Positions 22,545 through 34,109 of a stretch of DNA of 64,000 nt are shown piece after piece. Made by a program: the position numbers and the translations under genes. The DNA is from Macrostomum lignano. Its lineage: Eukaryota. The first letter of the stretch is position 1; each line of letters starts with the position of its first letter. The stretch covers positions 1 to 64,000 of the forward strand of contig NIVC01002390.1 in assembly GCA_002269645.1 (NCBI GenBank), in the 5' to 3' direction. The notes under the pieces were generated by a model that was not told the origin of the DNA, ran no database searches, and worked only from the letters and a program-made list of their open reading frames with translations.

Positions 22545-24868
22545 ATGTCTGTCGCACTTGGTCAGCAGGGTCAGCCCTGTCTGGCGCTTAGCTGCCCGCT
22601 CTGCCCCTTCGCCACCGTCGAGCTGCACCGGCTTCGTCGACACGCGATCGCCGATCATCTCCGTCGGAGGGGCGGCGGTGTCGACGGCGGTGTCGACAGT
22701 TTCCGCTACAAGCTGTACGTCTGTCCAGACTGCGCCGCCTGCAGCACCGACGTGGACATTGTTCGCGACCATGCGGCCTTGGCGCACCGTCGCTCTGTTG
22801 ATTCTGGCAATCAGCGCGGACTGCTGCTGTTGAACGAGGTCTGCCTGACCCTGCCAGCCAGCGTCAACGGTGCCGACAGGAACGGCATCGATGAGGGCGC
22901 CGACCCGGCCGGTGTGGCGGAGAATCCCAGCCGGCTGGTGTGCAAAGCCGGCGAGGGAAAGTACACGTGTACCGGCTGTCACTGCAGCTTCCCGTGCTCT
23001 CTAGAGGCGGCCTTTCACGCGGCTACCCGGCATCAGGTGTCGGCAATGGTTGAGTCCGATCTTGCCAGGCTGGGCAAGCTGTCTGAGCAGTCGCGAGCGG
23101 ACCTGATGAAACGAATGCGGCTGGCAACTGCGGCAACGATGGAGGGCGGCGAAGGGAGCGCGATGACGGATAGCGTAGAGTCTGCTCTCTTTGATAGCGT
23201 TGAGCTGCATCTCAGGCTGCTGTGTGATACAGGTATGCTGGAGTAGGTGCCATGCGAGTCGGAGCACTTGTGTGATGCTTGAGATCTCTATTGAGAACTT
23301 TATGTGATGCTTGAGATCTCTATTGAGAACTATATGTGATGCATGAGATCTCTATTGAGAACTATATGTGATGCTTGAGATCTCTATTGAGAACTATATG
23401 TGATGCTTGAGATCTCTATTGAGAACTATATGTGATGCTTGAAATCTTTATTGAGAACTATATGTGATGCTTGAGATCTCTATTGAGAACTATATGTGAT
23501 GCTTGAGATCTCTATTGAGAACTATATGTGATGCTTGAGAACTCTATGTGATGCTTGAGAACTCTATGTGATGCTTGAGAACTCTATGTGATGCTTGAGA
23601 ACTCTATGTGATGCTTGAGAACTCTATGTGATGCTTGAGAACTCTATGTGATGCTTGAGAACTCTATGTGATGCTTGAGAACTCTATGTGATGCTTGAGA
23701 ACTCTATGTGATGCTTGAGAACTCTATGTGATGCTTGAGAACAGTAGTTCATGAGAGCATTCGAGCATATATCTCTAGCCCAAATGTCCCAACGCTGCCA
23801 TTTGCAGGCGAGCTGGTCTGCTCAGACTGCAACCGCCAGTTCGGCATCGCTCAGCTGCCCGAGGCCGTCGCCCACATCAACGACACTGTCCGTCGTCGCC
23901 TGCCAGATTTTATGACCTCGCCGGGTGCACCCTGGTCGCTGCATCGACGAGAAGAGTGGGTCTGGGTGGTGCCGGACAGTCAGGAGGCTCTGCAGTCGTC
24001 TAAGGATGACCAACAGCCGTCCCAGTTGCCGCCGCCGACTCCACCAACGCCGACTGCTGACGCCGAGGCCAGCAATGACGCTTCGTCCTCCTCCGCAACA
24101 GCCGCTGCCGCCGCCGCTTCGGCCGCCGCCCCTGCCGTCTCCGGCGCTTCGCGTCGTAAAAAACTGCCGGTTCGCTACGTGCCACCCAGACAGCAGCAGC
24201 CGCAGCCGCAGCAGCAGCAGCCAACTTCATCAACTGCGGGCTCACCGGGTGCCGCCGAGGAGTCGCTCGCCTCCGCCAGACACGAAGCGGCCCTCCGCTC
24301 CGGCCACTGGCAGGTTGTGTCCGTTGACGACGATCTGTTCGCTTGCTCGCACTGTCCGGACATCATGGCCGCCCGGCCGGCCGAGATTCGTCTGCACATT
24401 GTAGCCGAGCATCTGGGCGTGCCCAGTCTGGCCTGCGCCTACTGCACCTCCGGCGGGGCAGCCAGCTGCGACCCGGAGCCGGTCCTGGCGCACTGCCGCT
24501 CCGCGCACCCGGGCCGGGTGCCGCAGTTCGTGGCCAGCGAGCTGCACAGGGCCCTCTGCCGGCTGGTCCCGTCCCCAGACGATGCCGGCGAAGCCGATAA
24601 CGACAACGAAGAAGACGGCGAGTATCGGGAAGGTGGCGACGATGATGACGACGACGACGACGACGAAGATGGCGGCGGAGCTGCCGCCGCAGTGCTCGGC
24701 GAAGTCGAAGAAGACGGCGACGAAGACATGGACGATGAGAATGGCGACGGCGATGAGGAGGACGAAGAGACGGCGGCCGCCGTGGCCGCTCTTGAAGGCG
24801 CCGCCGGGCTGGTGATGGACGGCAACGGCGACGAAGAGGACAACGAATACGATAACGACGATGTCTAA
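22545..24868 (+). CDS. Multi C2H2-like zinc-finger protein with acidic C-terminal tail, 2 coding exons
   Basis: Exons 22545-23232 and 23808-24868 (phase 1, GT-AG). Motifs CPLC-x12-H-x4-H, CPDC...HAALAH, CTGC...HAATRH, CSDC, CSHC...HIVAEH, CAYC...HCRSAH; D/E-rich tail; AATAAA at 25179. Confidence 0.78.
23265..23742. repeat. Intronic compound minisatellite: a 32-nt unit followed by a derived 20-nt unit
   Basis: tgtgatgcttgagatctctattgagaactata, then tgtgatgcttgagaactcta. Confidence 0.95.
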
Positions 24869-25309
24869 AGTTTGAATTGGCGCCGAAAATCCGGAAAATG
24901 TTTGTTTCACTTTTGGCGCAAATTTAAATAGCGACACTGTACAAGTCTTGGTTATTTATTCGGAAGTGAGTATTTACTAAACGGTATTTAACCTGTGCTA
25001 AGTAATCTGCTTGTAAATTTCATGTTTCTATTTTGTATAATTATGCACTTTCCGTAGCTTTATGTAATCTATTGCAATGTTCTCGCAGATTTTCTGACAC
25101 TAATATAATTCAATCCGTTTTAATCCTCTATTAATTGTTTTTTCCTAATTTTCTTTTGCTATTTAAATCAATACCATTAATAAAGAGTTGCATGTCCATT
25201 GATTTCTGTAATTTGTCATTGCACATTTGTTTGCTGTCATTTTGCTCTGCATTCTTCTTTTCAACTAACTGCATGCATTAATCATATTGCCAGCTATAGA
25301 AGTTCAAAC

Positions 25310-25820
25310 TCTAGGGGTTAGATTTTGAGTCTCATACTCTAGGGATGAGATTTTGAGTCTCCTACTCTAGGGATGAGATTTTGAGTCTCCTACTCTAGGA
25401 ATGCGATTTCGAGTCTTCAATACTCTAGAGGTGAGATTTTGAGTCTCCTATATTCAAAGGATGAGATTTTGAGTCCTGTAATCTAGGGATGAGATTTTGA
25501 GTCTTCTATACTCTAAAGATGAGATTTTGAGTCTCATATACTCTAGTGATGAGATTTTTAGTCTTCTTTACTCTAGAGATGAGATTTTGAGTCTTCTATA
25601 CTCTAGGGATGAGTTTTTGAGTCTCCTATACTCTAGGGATGAGATTCTGAGTCTTCAATACTCTAGAAGTGAGATTTTGAGCCTCCTATACTCTAGGCAT
25701 GAGATTTTGAGTCTTCTATACTCTAGGGATAAGAATTTAAGTCTCACATACTCTAGGGATGAGATTTTGAGTCTACTATACTCTAGAGATGAGATTTTGA
25801 GTCTGCCTACTCAAGAATGA
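25310..25820. repeat. Minisatellite, 30-nt unit ctctagggatgagattttgagtctcctata
   Basis: Tandem copies visible. Confidence 0.93.
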
Positions 25821-26164
25821 GATTGAGTTCACTGTAGATAAACTAGTACCTATTGAGCCACCTATTTCGCTACGGCTTCCTATCAGTACTTTGTGTAATA
25901 TGGTTACCTTGTTCCCAAATGGACTGTTTTGATTACAGTGTCAATTATTATTAACTTGTTACATTAGTCCTGTGTTCTCTGCGCTGCACTTTTGCATTAT
26001 TGGATCAAAAGGCTTGCTCCTCCTTCCATTTTTGACTGCACTGTCACTCATTAATTGCTCTATTAATACACTGGTTTAGTAAAGTAAGTGTATTGCGTTA
26101 TGTTTATGCTCATTGTTTGTTGTATTAATAAATAGCCCTATGTAGCAAAAGTATTATTGCGAAG

Positions 26165-26530
26165 AATCCCCCAAACCGAAATCCCCCTCCCAACTTGGAA
26201 TCGCCCCACCCCCCGATCCCCTAAACCGGAATCACTCCCGCGACTCGGGTACACCCTCCCCCCAACTCGGAATCCCCCCCGACTCAGGTACACCCTCCCC
26301 CCCCGACTCGGGTACACCCTCCCCCAACTCGGAATCCCCCCCCCCGACTCAGGTACACCCTCCCCCCCCGACTCGGGTACACCCTCCCCCCAACTCGGAA
26401 TCCCCCCCCGACTCAGGTACACCCCCCAACTCAGAATCGCCCCCCCGACTCAGGTACACCCCACAAACCGGAATCGCCCCCCCCGACTCAGGTACACCCC
26501 CCACTCAGAATCGCCCCTCCCCAACTCCCA
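26165..26530. repeat. C-rich minisatellite (cgactcaggtacaccctccccc / aactcggaatccccc)
   Basis: Tandem copies visible upstream of the MFS gene. Confidence 0.9.
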
Positions 26531-26627
26531 GAACCAATTTCCTTATCACAAATTGCAGCTAACAGCACTCGCAGTCAAACAAAAGCAAGAAAGACTAGAA
26601 GACGGCCGCTTCTAATCCGGTGAGAAA

Positions 26628-29118
26628 ATGCTATCCAGCCTGAAGTCTCTGGACAGGGGCTCCTTGGCATTTGCATCCATCACTGTCGGCCTTAGCCTGG
26701 TAAATTCGCCGTTCAATTTTTTCTACGTGAAAGTCTTCCTAGAAGTTTTCGGTGTGCTCGAATCGGACTTTCAAATTGTTCAGATACTATTCCTTGTGTG
26801 GAACACCATCAATGATCCTTTGTTTGCTTATTTCCTGGACAAGCGCCAGTCCGGTTTGTGTTGCAGAACCCGGCGTTCGTCTATCAAAATCGGCGCTCCG
26901 TTGCTTGGCATTATCTATGCTATCACCTGGTTACCATGGGGACAGCCAGACACGCGCTCTGTCGGCATCCAGCTGTTTTTTGCTCTTTGCCTATACGATT
27001 CGGTGTTTACATTTGTAGCATTGGCTCAGTGCGCAGTCTTTGCTGAGATGTCCACCTGCTACGATCGACGGTTGGAGACTAAGAAGTATCAGGTGCTTTG
27101 CAGCTTTGTTTATTCATGATTGATTGATTAGTTGATTGAGTCGATCGCGGTAGCAAGGTTTTTCAAGGCAGACAGGCGTGCGATGCGTGCGCGATTGAGC
27201 GGGGCAGGGAGTGGAGTGAGGTGGGTGCGCGATTGAGCTGGGCAGGGAGTGGAGCGAGGTGGGGTGCAGCGATTGGCTGAGCGGGGCAGGCAGTGGCGTG
27301 AGGTGGGTGCGCGATTGAGCGGGGCAGGGAGTGGAGTGAGGTGGGTGCGCGATTGAGCGGGGCAGGGAGTGTAGTGAGGTGGGTACGCGATTGAGCGGGG
27401 CAAGGAGTGGAGTGAGGTGGGTGCGCGATTGAGCGGGGCAGGGAGTGGAGTAAGGTGGGTGCGCTATTAAGTGGGGTAGGGAGTGGAGTGAGGTGGGTGC
27501 ACTATTAAGTGGGGTAGGGAGTGTAGTGAAGTGGATGCGCGATAAAGCGGGGCAGGGAGTGGAGTGAGGTGGGTGCGTAATGGATTGGTGATGAAGTGGT
27601 ATCGTGTAGTTAGATGGGTAAGCGCAAGCACGTGAATTCGTTTGTGCTATTTTTATGACTCCGCAAATTGTCTCCTTACCCTACCCAGGTGATGGGCAGC
27701 TTGACCGTGTCCTGGTCCGTAGCCTTTCTAAATTTAATCTCGCACAATCTGGCCGATTTCCGTAGCTTCCAGCTTGGCTGTTTGGTCCTTGCTGTCTTGG
27801 CAACTGTGTTTGTCTACATTGGCGGTCGCTATTCCTCATCGGTTTACGACAAGCAGCAGGCGCAGCTTGATCAGGACAGTCACCGAACTGAGTCTGGCTG
27901 CGTCGAGGCCGATGCCGCTTGTCAATCAACCGCCGACGCCAGCCTGTCTGTTCAGCTGCGTCAGATTGTGCTACAGCGCGACTTTTTAGCATTTGTGGTC
28001 ACCAATTTTCTGCAGATATTTGAGGCCAGCATGTGGGCGAATTTCCTGTCAATATTCATGGAGCCGCTGGGCCCGGCCAGCCCGCTGCAGCGAAGCGGAG
28101 CCTACCTGCTGATCTCTCTGCTCCCGGCTGTGAGTTTCGCTGCGGCTCAACGTCATTGGGCCCCGCCCTCCCAGATTCTCAGTTGCTGAGCCAGCCTCCC
28201 AGATCCTCAGTTGCTGAGCCAGCCTCCCAGATCCTCAGTTGCTGAGCCAGCCTCCCAAATCCTCAGTTGCTTGGCTAGCTTCCCAGATCCTCAGTTGCTG
28301 AGCCAGCCTCCCAGATCCTCAGTTGCTGAGCCAGCCTCCCAAATCCCCAGTTGCTTGGCTAGCTTCCCAGATCCTCAGTTGCTGAGCCAGCCTCCCAAAT
28401 CCCCAGTTGCTTGGCTAGCTTCCCAGATCCTCAGTTGCTGAGCCAGCCTCCCAGATCCTCAGTTGCTGAGCCAGCCTCCCAGATCCTCAGTTGATGTGCC
28501 AGCCTCCTCAGTTGCTGGGCCAGCTGAGTAATCACATATTAATCCGCAGCTCATATAAATCTCTTCATTTAGCTGGCCGTCATCGGCGGACTCCCGCTAA
28601 TCCGGCGGTTCGGCCACCATCGGGCTGTGCTGCTCAGTCTGGTGTTCAAAGTGGCGGCCGGCCCGCTGCTCCACCTCACAGGAGTTCTGGCCTTGTCGCG
28701 CACAATGTTCGCAGTCTACTCTGTCGCTTGCTGCAGCTTGAACTCGGCCGCATTCAGCCTGTTCGACCTGCCCCTAAGCGAGCTGGTCGATCGCGATCGA
28801 CTTGTCAATTCGCGCCGCCTGCCGCTCTCGTCGACAGTATTCGGATTGAACGCTTTAGTCACAAAGCCGGCTATTAGTCTGGCGCCACTGGTTGTGGTGC
28901 AATTGTTAAACATGCGCGGCTATCAAACCTATAGGTCAGCCGCGTCTAACTCCTTTGGTTCAGCTGACGCCGGCGGGCTGACTTGTCCGCAAGCTCTATC
29001 GAACACGATGCTCATGCTGGCCTGCTACCTGCCCGCTGTTATTGGCTGCCTACAGCTTATCAGTTGGAGCTTTTATCGCATCAGATCAAAATCTAACCTA
29101 TTGCAGGCTCAAATTTAA
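26628..29118 (+). CDS. MFSD13A: MFS transporter, MFSD13A/TMEM180-like, 3 exons
   Basis: Exons 26628-27092, 27689-28129 and 28573-29118 (phase 0, GT-AG). Multiple hydrophobic helices. Motifs FLVWNTINDPLF, LCLYDSVFTFV, DFRSFQLGC, RDFLAFVVTNFLQIF, ELVDRD...FGLNALVTKP..SLAP and LQL.SWS.Y recall TMEM180. Confidence 0.78.
27185..27578. repeat. Intronic G-rich minisatellite, 38-nt unit gattgagcggggcagggagtggagtgaggtgggtgcgc
   Basis: Tandem copies in MFS intron 1. Confidence 0.93.
28165..28512. repeat. Intronic minisatellite, 28-nt unit gagccagcctcccagatcctcagttgct
   Basis: Tandem copies in MFS intron 2. Confidence 0.93.
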
Positions 29119-29204
29119 CAATATTGTCTAATTTTAACTTGTTAAGGTCTCTTCATGCAGTCTGGTCAGGCCGGAGAGTAGCGTAAGGTGGGTTCAGTGA
29201 CTGG

Positions 29205-29495
29205 ATGAGCGGGGCAGAGAGTGGAGTGAGGTGGGGTGCAACGATTGGCTGAGTGGGGCAGGGAGTGGAGTGACGTGGGGTGTAGCGATTGGCTGAGCGG
29301 AGCAGGGAGTGGAGTGAGGTGGTTTGCAGCGATTGGCTGAGCGGAGCAGGGAGTGGAGTGAGGTGGTTTGCAGCGATTGGCTGCGCGAAGCAGGGAGTGG
29401 AGTGAGGTGGTTTGCAGCGATTGGCTGAGCGGAGCAGGGAGTGGAGTGAGGTGGTTTGCAGCGATTGGCTGCGCGGGGCAGGGAGTGGAGTGAGG
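29205..29495. repeat. G-rich minisatellite (~44-nt unit) of the same family as 27185-27578
   Basis: Shared core gagcgg.gcagggagtggagtgaggtgg. Confidence 0.9.
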
Positions 29496-30138
29496 TAAAA
29501 GCGCGGTCGTAGATAGGCTCGTGCGGTAGATCTAGACAGTCGTCTAGTTATTCAACCGTAACAAAAGGCAGGTATATTATATTAATGTGGCTTGAAAAAA
29601 GACAGTTTGCATAGCACAATTTGTTTTTAATCATTTGAATCTTGTGCTAAGCTACAAGTAGCTTATATTTAATTTTAAATAATTTTATTGTCAAGCTGGT
29701 ATACAGAAATGAACTCAAATGATAGATATTTACAGAGAAGTGTCTTTATTGCTTTCCATTGAACGACAGATATCATACGTAGCAAGATTTTATTTCTCTA
29801 TTTAGCAATTTTTCTGTAAAAGTTTTTCTGTTTGTAAATTATTTTCCAGCTCAATTTTGGACTGGTTTATTGGGCTGTGCGAGTTTACTTCAGCAGACAT
29901 CACTAGCGGTTGTGCACATCGCAGCCAGTTATTATTTTCATTTGTTATGAACTGCTACCATACGTCGTATAGTTAAAAATAAAAAGATATAAACTGCTAT
30001 ATTCGCACGGAATCGCAACGCCATCAGTTCAGCGCCAAAATATCTAAAACTGTTCAAGCGCGTCAACTTGTTTGGGATTTTGGGATGGAGCCATGGGAGC
30101 CTAATTGATATGCGGCGGTTTTCAATCAAGTTACAAAT

Positions 30139-30711
30139 TCATGCAGAAGGGCGTGCAGCATGTGATTTCCAGCCTGTCAAACTTCCACCAGCTGGCCTCT
30201 CGCTCGCCTGCTGCCCGTCCTTGACCTTGCCGCTGTCGACTGACACCCTCGCCACCTGGGCTCGGCCCTTTGATGGCGCCGCCGCCGCTGCCTGCGAAGA
30301 CTCCGCTGCCCTGGCCATGCGGATTCGATCGGCCAGTGACAGCCGCCTCCAGGCGTCCGCTTCGTCCTCGCTGCTGGACGAGCCGCCGTCCCGCCCGCAG
30401 CTCCGCCTATCCGCCGTGGCCCGAGCGTGCATCCGGCGCACAAATTCCGGTCGGAAATACTTGGCGTCGACCGCGGCCTGCGCCGGCTGCGGCACTGACC
30501 AAGTCGACCGCCTCCGCTGGTCGCTTTTGTCGTTTTGAACAGCGGCGTTGGCCGACGAGGTCGTCTCGGGTTCGAGTTCCACGTACCGGCAAGGCGGCGG
30601 CAGCTTTGGCTGTCGTGGTTGAGAGTCCTGCCTCTTTCGCCTGGCTCGGCTAGTCTGCTGCTGCTGCTTGCGGGTCTCCGCAGCAGTTTTAGAGGCTCGG
30701 TAAAACGGCAT
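30139..30711 (-). CDS. Unknown basic/low-complexity protein (190 aa from the first ATG; may be the last exon of a longer gene)
   Basis: Non-repeat ORF that covers the GC-rich block and stops where AT-rich sequence begins; typical Q/A/S tracts; minus-strand AATAAA downstream near 29866. No family recognised. Confidence 0.5.
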   Translation of the reverse strand: MPFYRASKTAAETRKQQQQTSRARRKRQDSQPRQPKLPPPCRYVELEPETTSSANAAVQNDKSDQRRRSTWSVPQPAQAAVDAKYFRPEFVRRMHARATADRRSCGRDGGSSSSEDEADAWRRLSLADRIRMARAAESSQAAAAAPSKGRAQVARVSVDSGKVKDGQQASERPAGGSLTGWKSHAARPSA

Positions 30712-31020
30712 TGAGAATTGAATACCTGGCTGAATTGCTGGGCATCCGGCGGGAGAAGTCCAATAATAGATTGCTTATATATTGGTCTGGCTGGGCAAGC
30801 ATTGTTCAACTGGGCTGTCCGCCCCAATCTGGCCAGCTGGCCTTGGCCGGCGAGCAAACTTAGCGGCCAGCGGAGCGGTAAACAGACCAGGCTCTTCGCC
30901 CGAGTCATGGAGATCTGCACTCGTGGGTACATAGCATCTGGATTGATGGGGGCATTGGGAGGGGGTTGCAACTGGCGACTGACGCTCCGACGCTAGGCGC
31001 CTAGTCGCGCTAACACCCCG

Positions 31021-32600
31021 AGCGCTAATGCCAGTGGCGCCAATGCCAGTGGCGCTAATTCCAGTGACGCCAATGCCAGTGGCGCTAATGCCAGTGACGC
31101 CAATGCCAGTGACGCCAATGTCAATGGCGCTAATGCCAGTGACGCCAATGTCAATGGCGCTAATGCCAGTGACGCCAATGCCAGTGACGCCAATGTCAAT
31201 GGCGCTAATGCCAGTGGCGCCAATGCCAGTGGCGCTAATTCCAGTGACGCCAATGCCAGTGGCGCTAATGCCAGTGACGCCAATGCCAGTGACGCCAATG
31301 TCAATGGCGCTAATGCCAGTGACGCCAATGCCAGTGACGCCAATGTCAATGGCGCTAATGCCAGTGACGCCAATGCCAGTGACGCCAATGCCAATGGCGC
31401 TAATGCCAGTGACGCCAATGCCAATGGCGCTAATGCCAGTAGCGCTAATGCCAGTGACGCCAATGCCAATGGCGCTAATGCCAGTGATGCCAATGCCAGT
31501 GACGCCAATGTCAGCGGCGTCATGAATGCCAGTAGCGCTAATGCCAGTGACGCCAATGCCAGTGACGCCAATGCCAATGGCGCTAATGCCAGTGACGCCA
31601 ATGCCAATGGCGCTAATGCCAGTGACGCCAATGCCAATGGCGCTAATGCCAGTGATGCCAATGGCAGTGACGCCAATGTCAGCGGCGCCATGAATGCCAG
31701 TAGCGCTAATTCCAGTGACGCTAATGCCAGTGACGCCAATGCCAGTGACGCCAATGTCAATGGCGCTAATGCCAGTGACGCCAATGCCAGTGACGCCAAT
31801 GTCAATGGCGCTAATGCCAGTGACGCCAATGCCAGTGACGCCAATGCCAGTGACGCCAATGTCAGCGGCGCCATGAATGCCAGTAGCGCTAATTCCAGTG
31901 ACGCTAATGCCAGTGACGCCAATGTCAATGGCGCTAATGCCAGTGACGCCAATGCCAGTGACGCCAATGCCAATGGCGCTAATGCCAGTGACGCCATGAA
32001 TGCCAGTGACGCCAATGCCAATGGCGCTAATGCCAGTGACGCCATGAATGCCAGTGACGCCAATGCCAATGGCGCTAATGCCAGTGATGCCAATGCCAGT
32101 GACGCCAATGCCAATGGCGCTAATGCCAGTGACGCCATGAATGCCAGTGACGCCAATGCCAATGGCGCTAATGCCAGTGATGCCAATGCCAGTGACGCCA
32201 ATGCCAATGGCGCTAATGCCAGTGACGCCATGAATGCCAGTGACGCCAATGCCAATGGCGCTAATGCCAGTGACGCCATGAATGCCAGTGACGCCAATGC
32301 CAATGGCGCTAATGCCAGTGATGCCAATGCCAGTGACGCCAATGCCAATGGCGCTAATGCCAGTGACGCCATGAATGCCAGTGACGCCAATGCCAATGGC
32401 GCTAATGCTAGTGATGCCAATGCCAGTGACGCCAATGCCAATGGCGCTAATGCCAGTGACGCCATGAATGCCAGTGACGCCAATGCCAATGGCGCTAATG
32501 CCAGTGATGCCAATGCCAGTGACGCCAATGTCAGCGGCGCCATGAATGCCAGTAGCGCTAATTCCAGTGATGCCAATGTCAGCGGCGCCAGTGCCAGGGA
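31021..32600. repeat. Minisatellite of 15-nt units (aatgccagtgacgcc) with 18-nt variants; frame-preserving
   Basis: Tandem copies visible; two minus-strand frames and one plus-strand frame are open across it. Confidence 0.95.
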
Positions 32601-33479
32601 CGCCAGTACCAGGAGCGTTATTGCTAGGGCTGCCGAAGCTAATGACAAGGGGCTCCATATAAATAATCTTGCCTGCCTTCTTTGGGGGCGCCGTTTCCAG
32701 ACCAGACAGCACAGTCCTAGTAGTCCATAGCGGAGGCATAGGCCAAAGCCATAGCTATCAATGCTCCCCACCTACCCACAAGCCAGAGATTAATAGCTAA
32801 GCAAGTAAAGCTTAGTGCTCCGCTGGGCCAGCGGGCAAACACTCGACAGGACTGGGCAAGCAAGACTTATGAATTATGAGTTACATGCCGGCGAGTACAA
32901 TGGCAAACAATGATATGTGGCTGCCAAAAATACTGTCAATCAAAATGAAGATTGATAATCAAAGCGTATGCGACCATTTTTAATAAATATATATACACAA
33001 CTATGCGCATAGAAAAAGCTGGGCTATAAATATAGAGCAATATCGCGCACTTTGATTAATATATGTATTTCTCTGCATTATAGTTTCAACTATATTTATA
33101 TATAAATAATCACTGAGTCATAAATACATAATTGCTTTATCTACATAAGGGGGCCGGCAGCCTCAGGTTGACTAGGCGACGGTTAGTAGACAGATTAATC
33201 AGCGCACACTTGCGAAGCTAACAATATATGGAACTCTTTATCTAATATTAAGGAGTTAGCAGATTAAGGCAGATTTTATAGTGAGCAACTTTTTTAAAAT
33301 ATGAAACTATTATTAGTAGAATGAATATTTTACCAAGTATAAATAAATAAAATATAATCTTTAGTACCTTCAGTTGTTAGTACCATGGTCAAAAAACTTT
33401 TTGTCAGGGGGCCAAGGGTCCTACACTGAGCGTAGCGCCAATTTAGCGCCACAAGCTAGACTTTGGCGCTGCAGTCTAT

Positions 33480-34015
33480 GTAGATTTTAGCGCCGCAGGC
33501 TAGAGTTTAGCGTTGCAGGCTAGAGTTTAGCGCTGCAGACTAGAGTTTAGCGCCGCAGGCTAGAGTTTAGCGCCGCAGGCTAGAGTTTAGCGCCGCAGGC
33601 TAGAGTTTAGCGCCGCAGGCTAGAGTTTAGCGTTGCAGGCTAGAGTTTAGCGTTGCAGGCTAGAGTTTAGCGCTGCAGACTAGAGTTTAGCGCCGCAGGC
33701 TAGAGTTTAGCGCCGCAGGCTAGAGTTTAGCGTTGCAGGCTAGAGTTTAGCGTTGCAGGCTAGAGTTTAGCGCCGCAGGCTAGAGTTTAGCGTTGCAGGC
33801 TAGAGTTTAGCGCTGCAGGCTAGAGTTTAGCGTTGCAGGCTAGAGTTTAGCGCTGCAGACTAGAGTTTAGCGCCGCAGGCTAGAGTTTAGCGCCGCAGGC
33901 TAGAGTTTAGCGCCGCAGGCTAGAGTTTAGCGCCGCAGGCTAGAGTTTAGCGCCGCAGGCTAGAGTTTAGCGCTGCAGGCTAGAGTTTAGCGCCGCGGGC
34001 TAGAGTTTGGCGCCA
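33480..34015. repeat. Minisatellite, 20-nt unit cgccgcaggctagagtttag
   Basis: Tandem copies downstream of the fry stop. Confidence 0.95.
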
Positions 34016-34109
34016 ATTTACCACCGCAGGCACCTGACTCCTTGGCCTTCCCTGGATCACTATAGTTAAGCAATAATCTCAAATGTCAGGGGGACAACAT
34101 ATGATTGCG

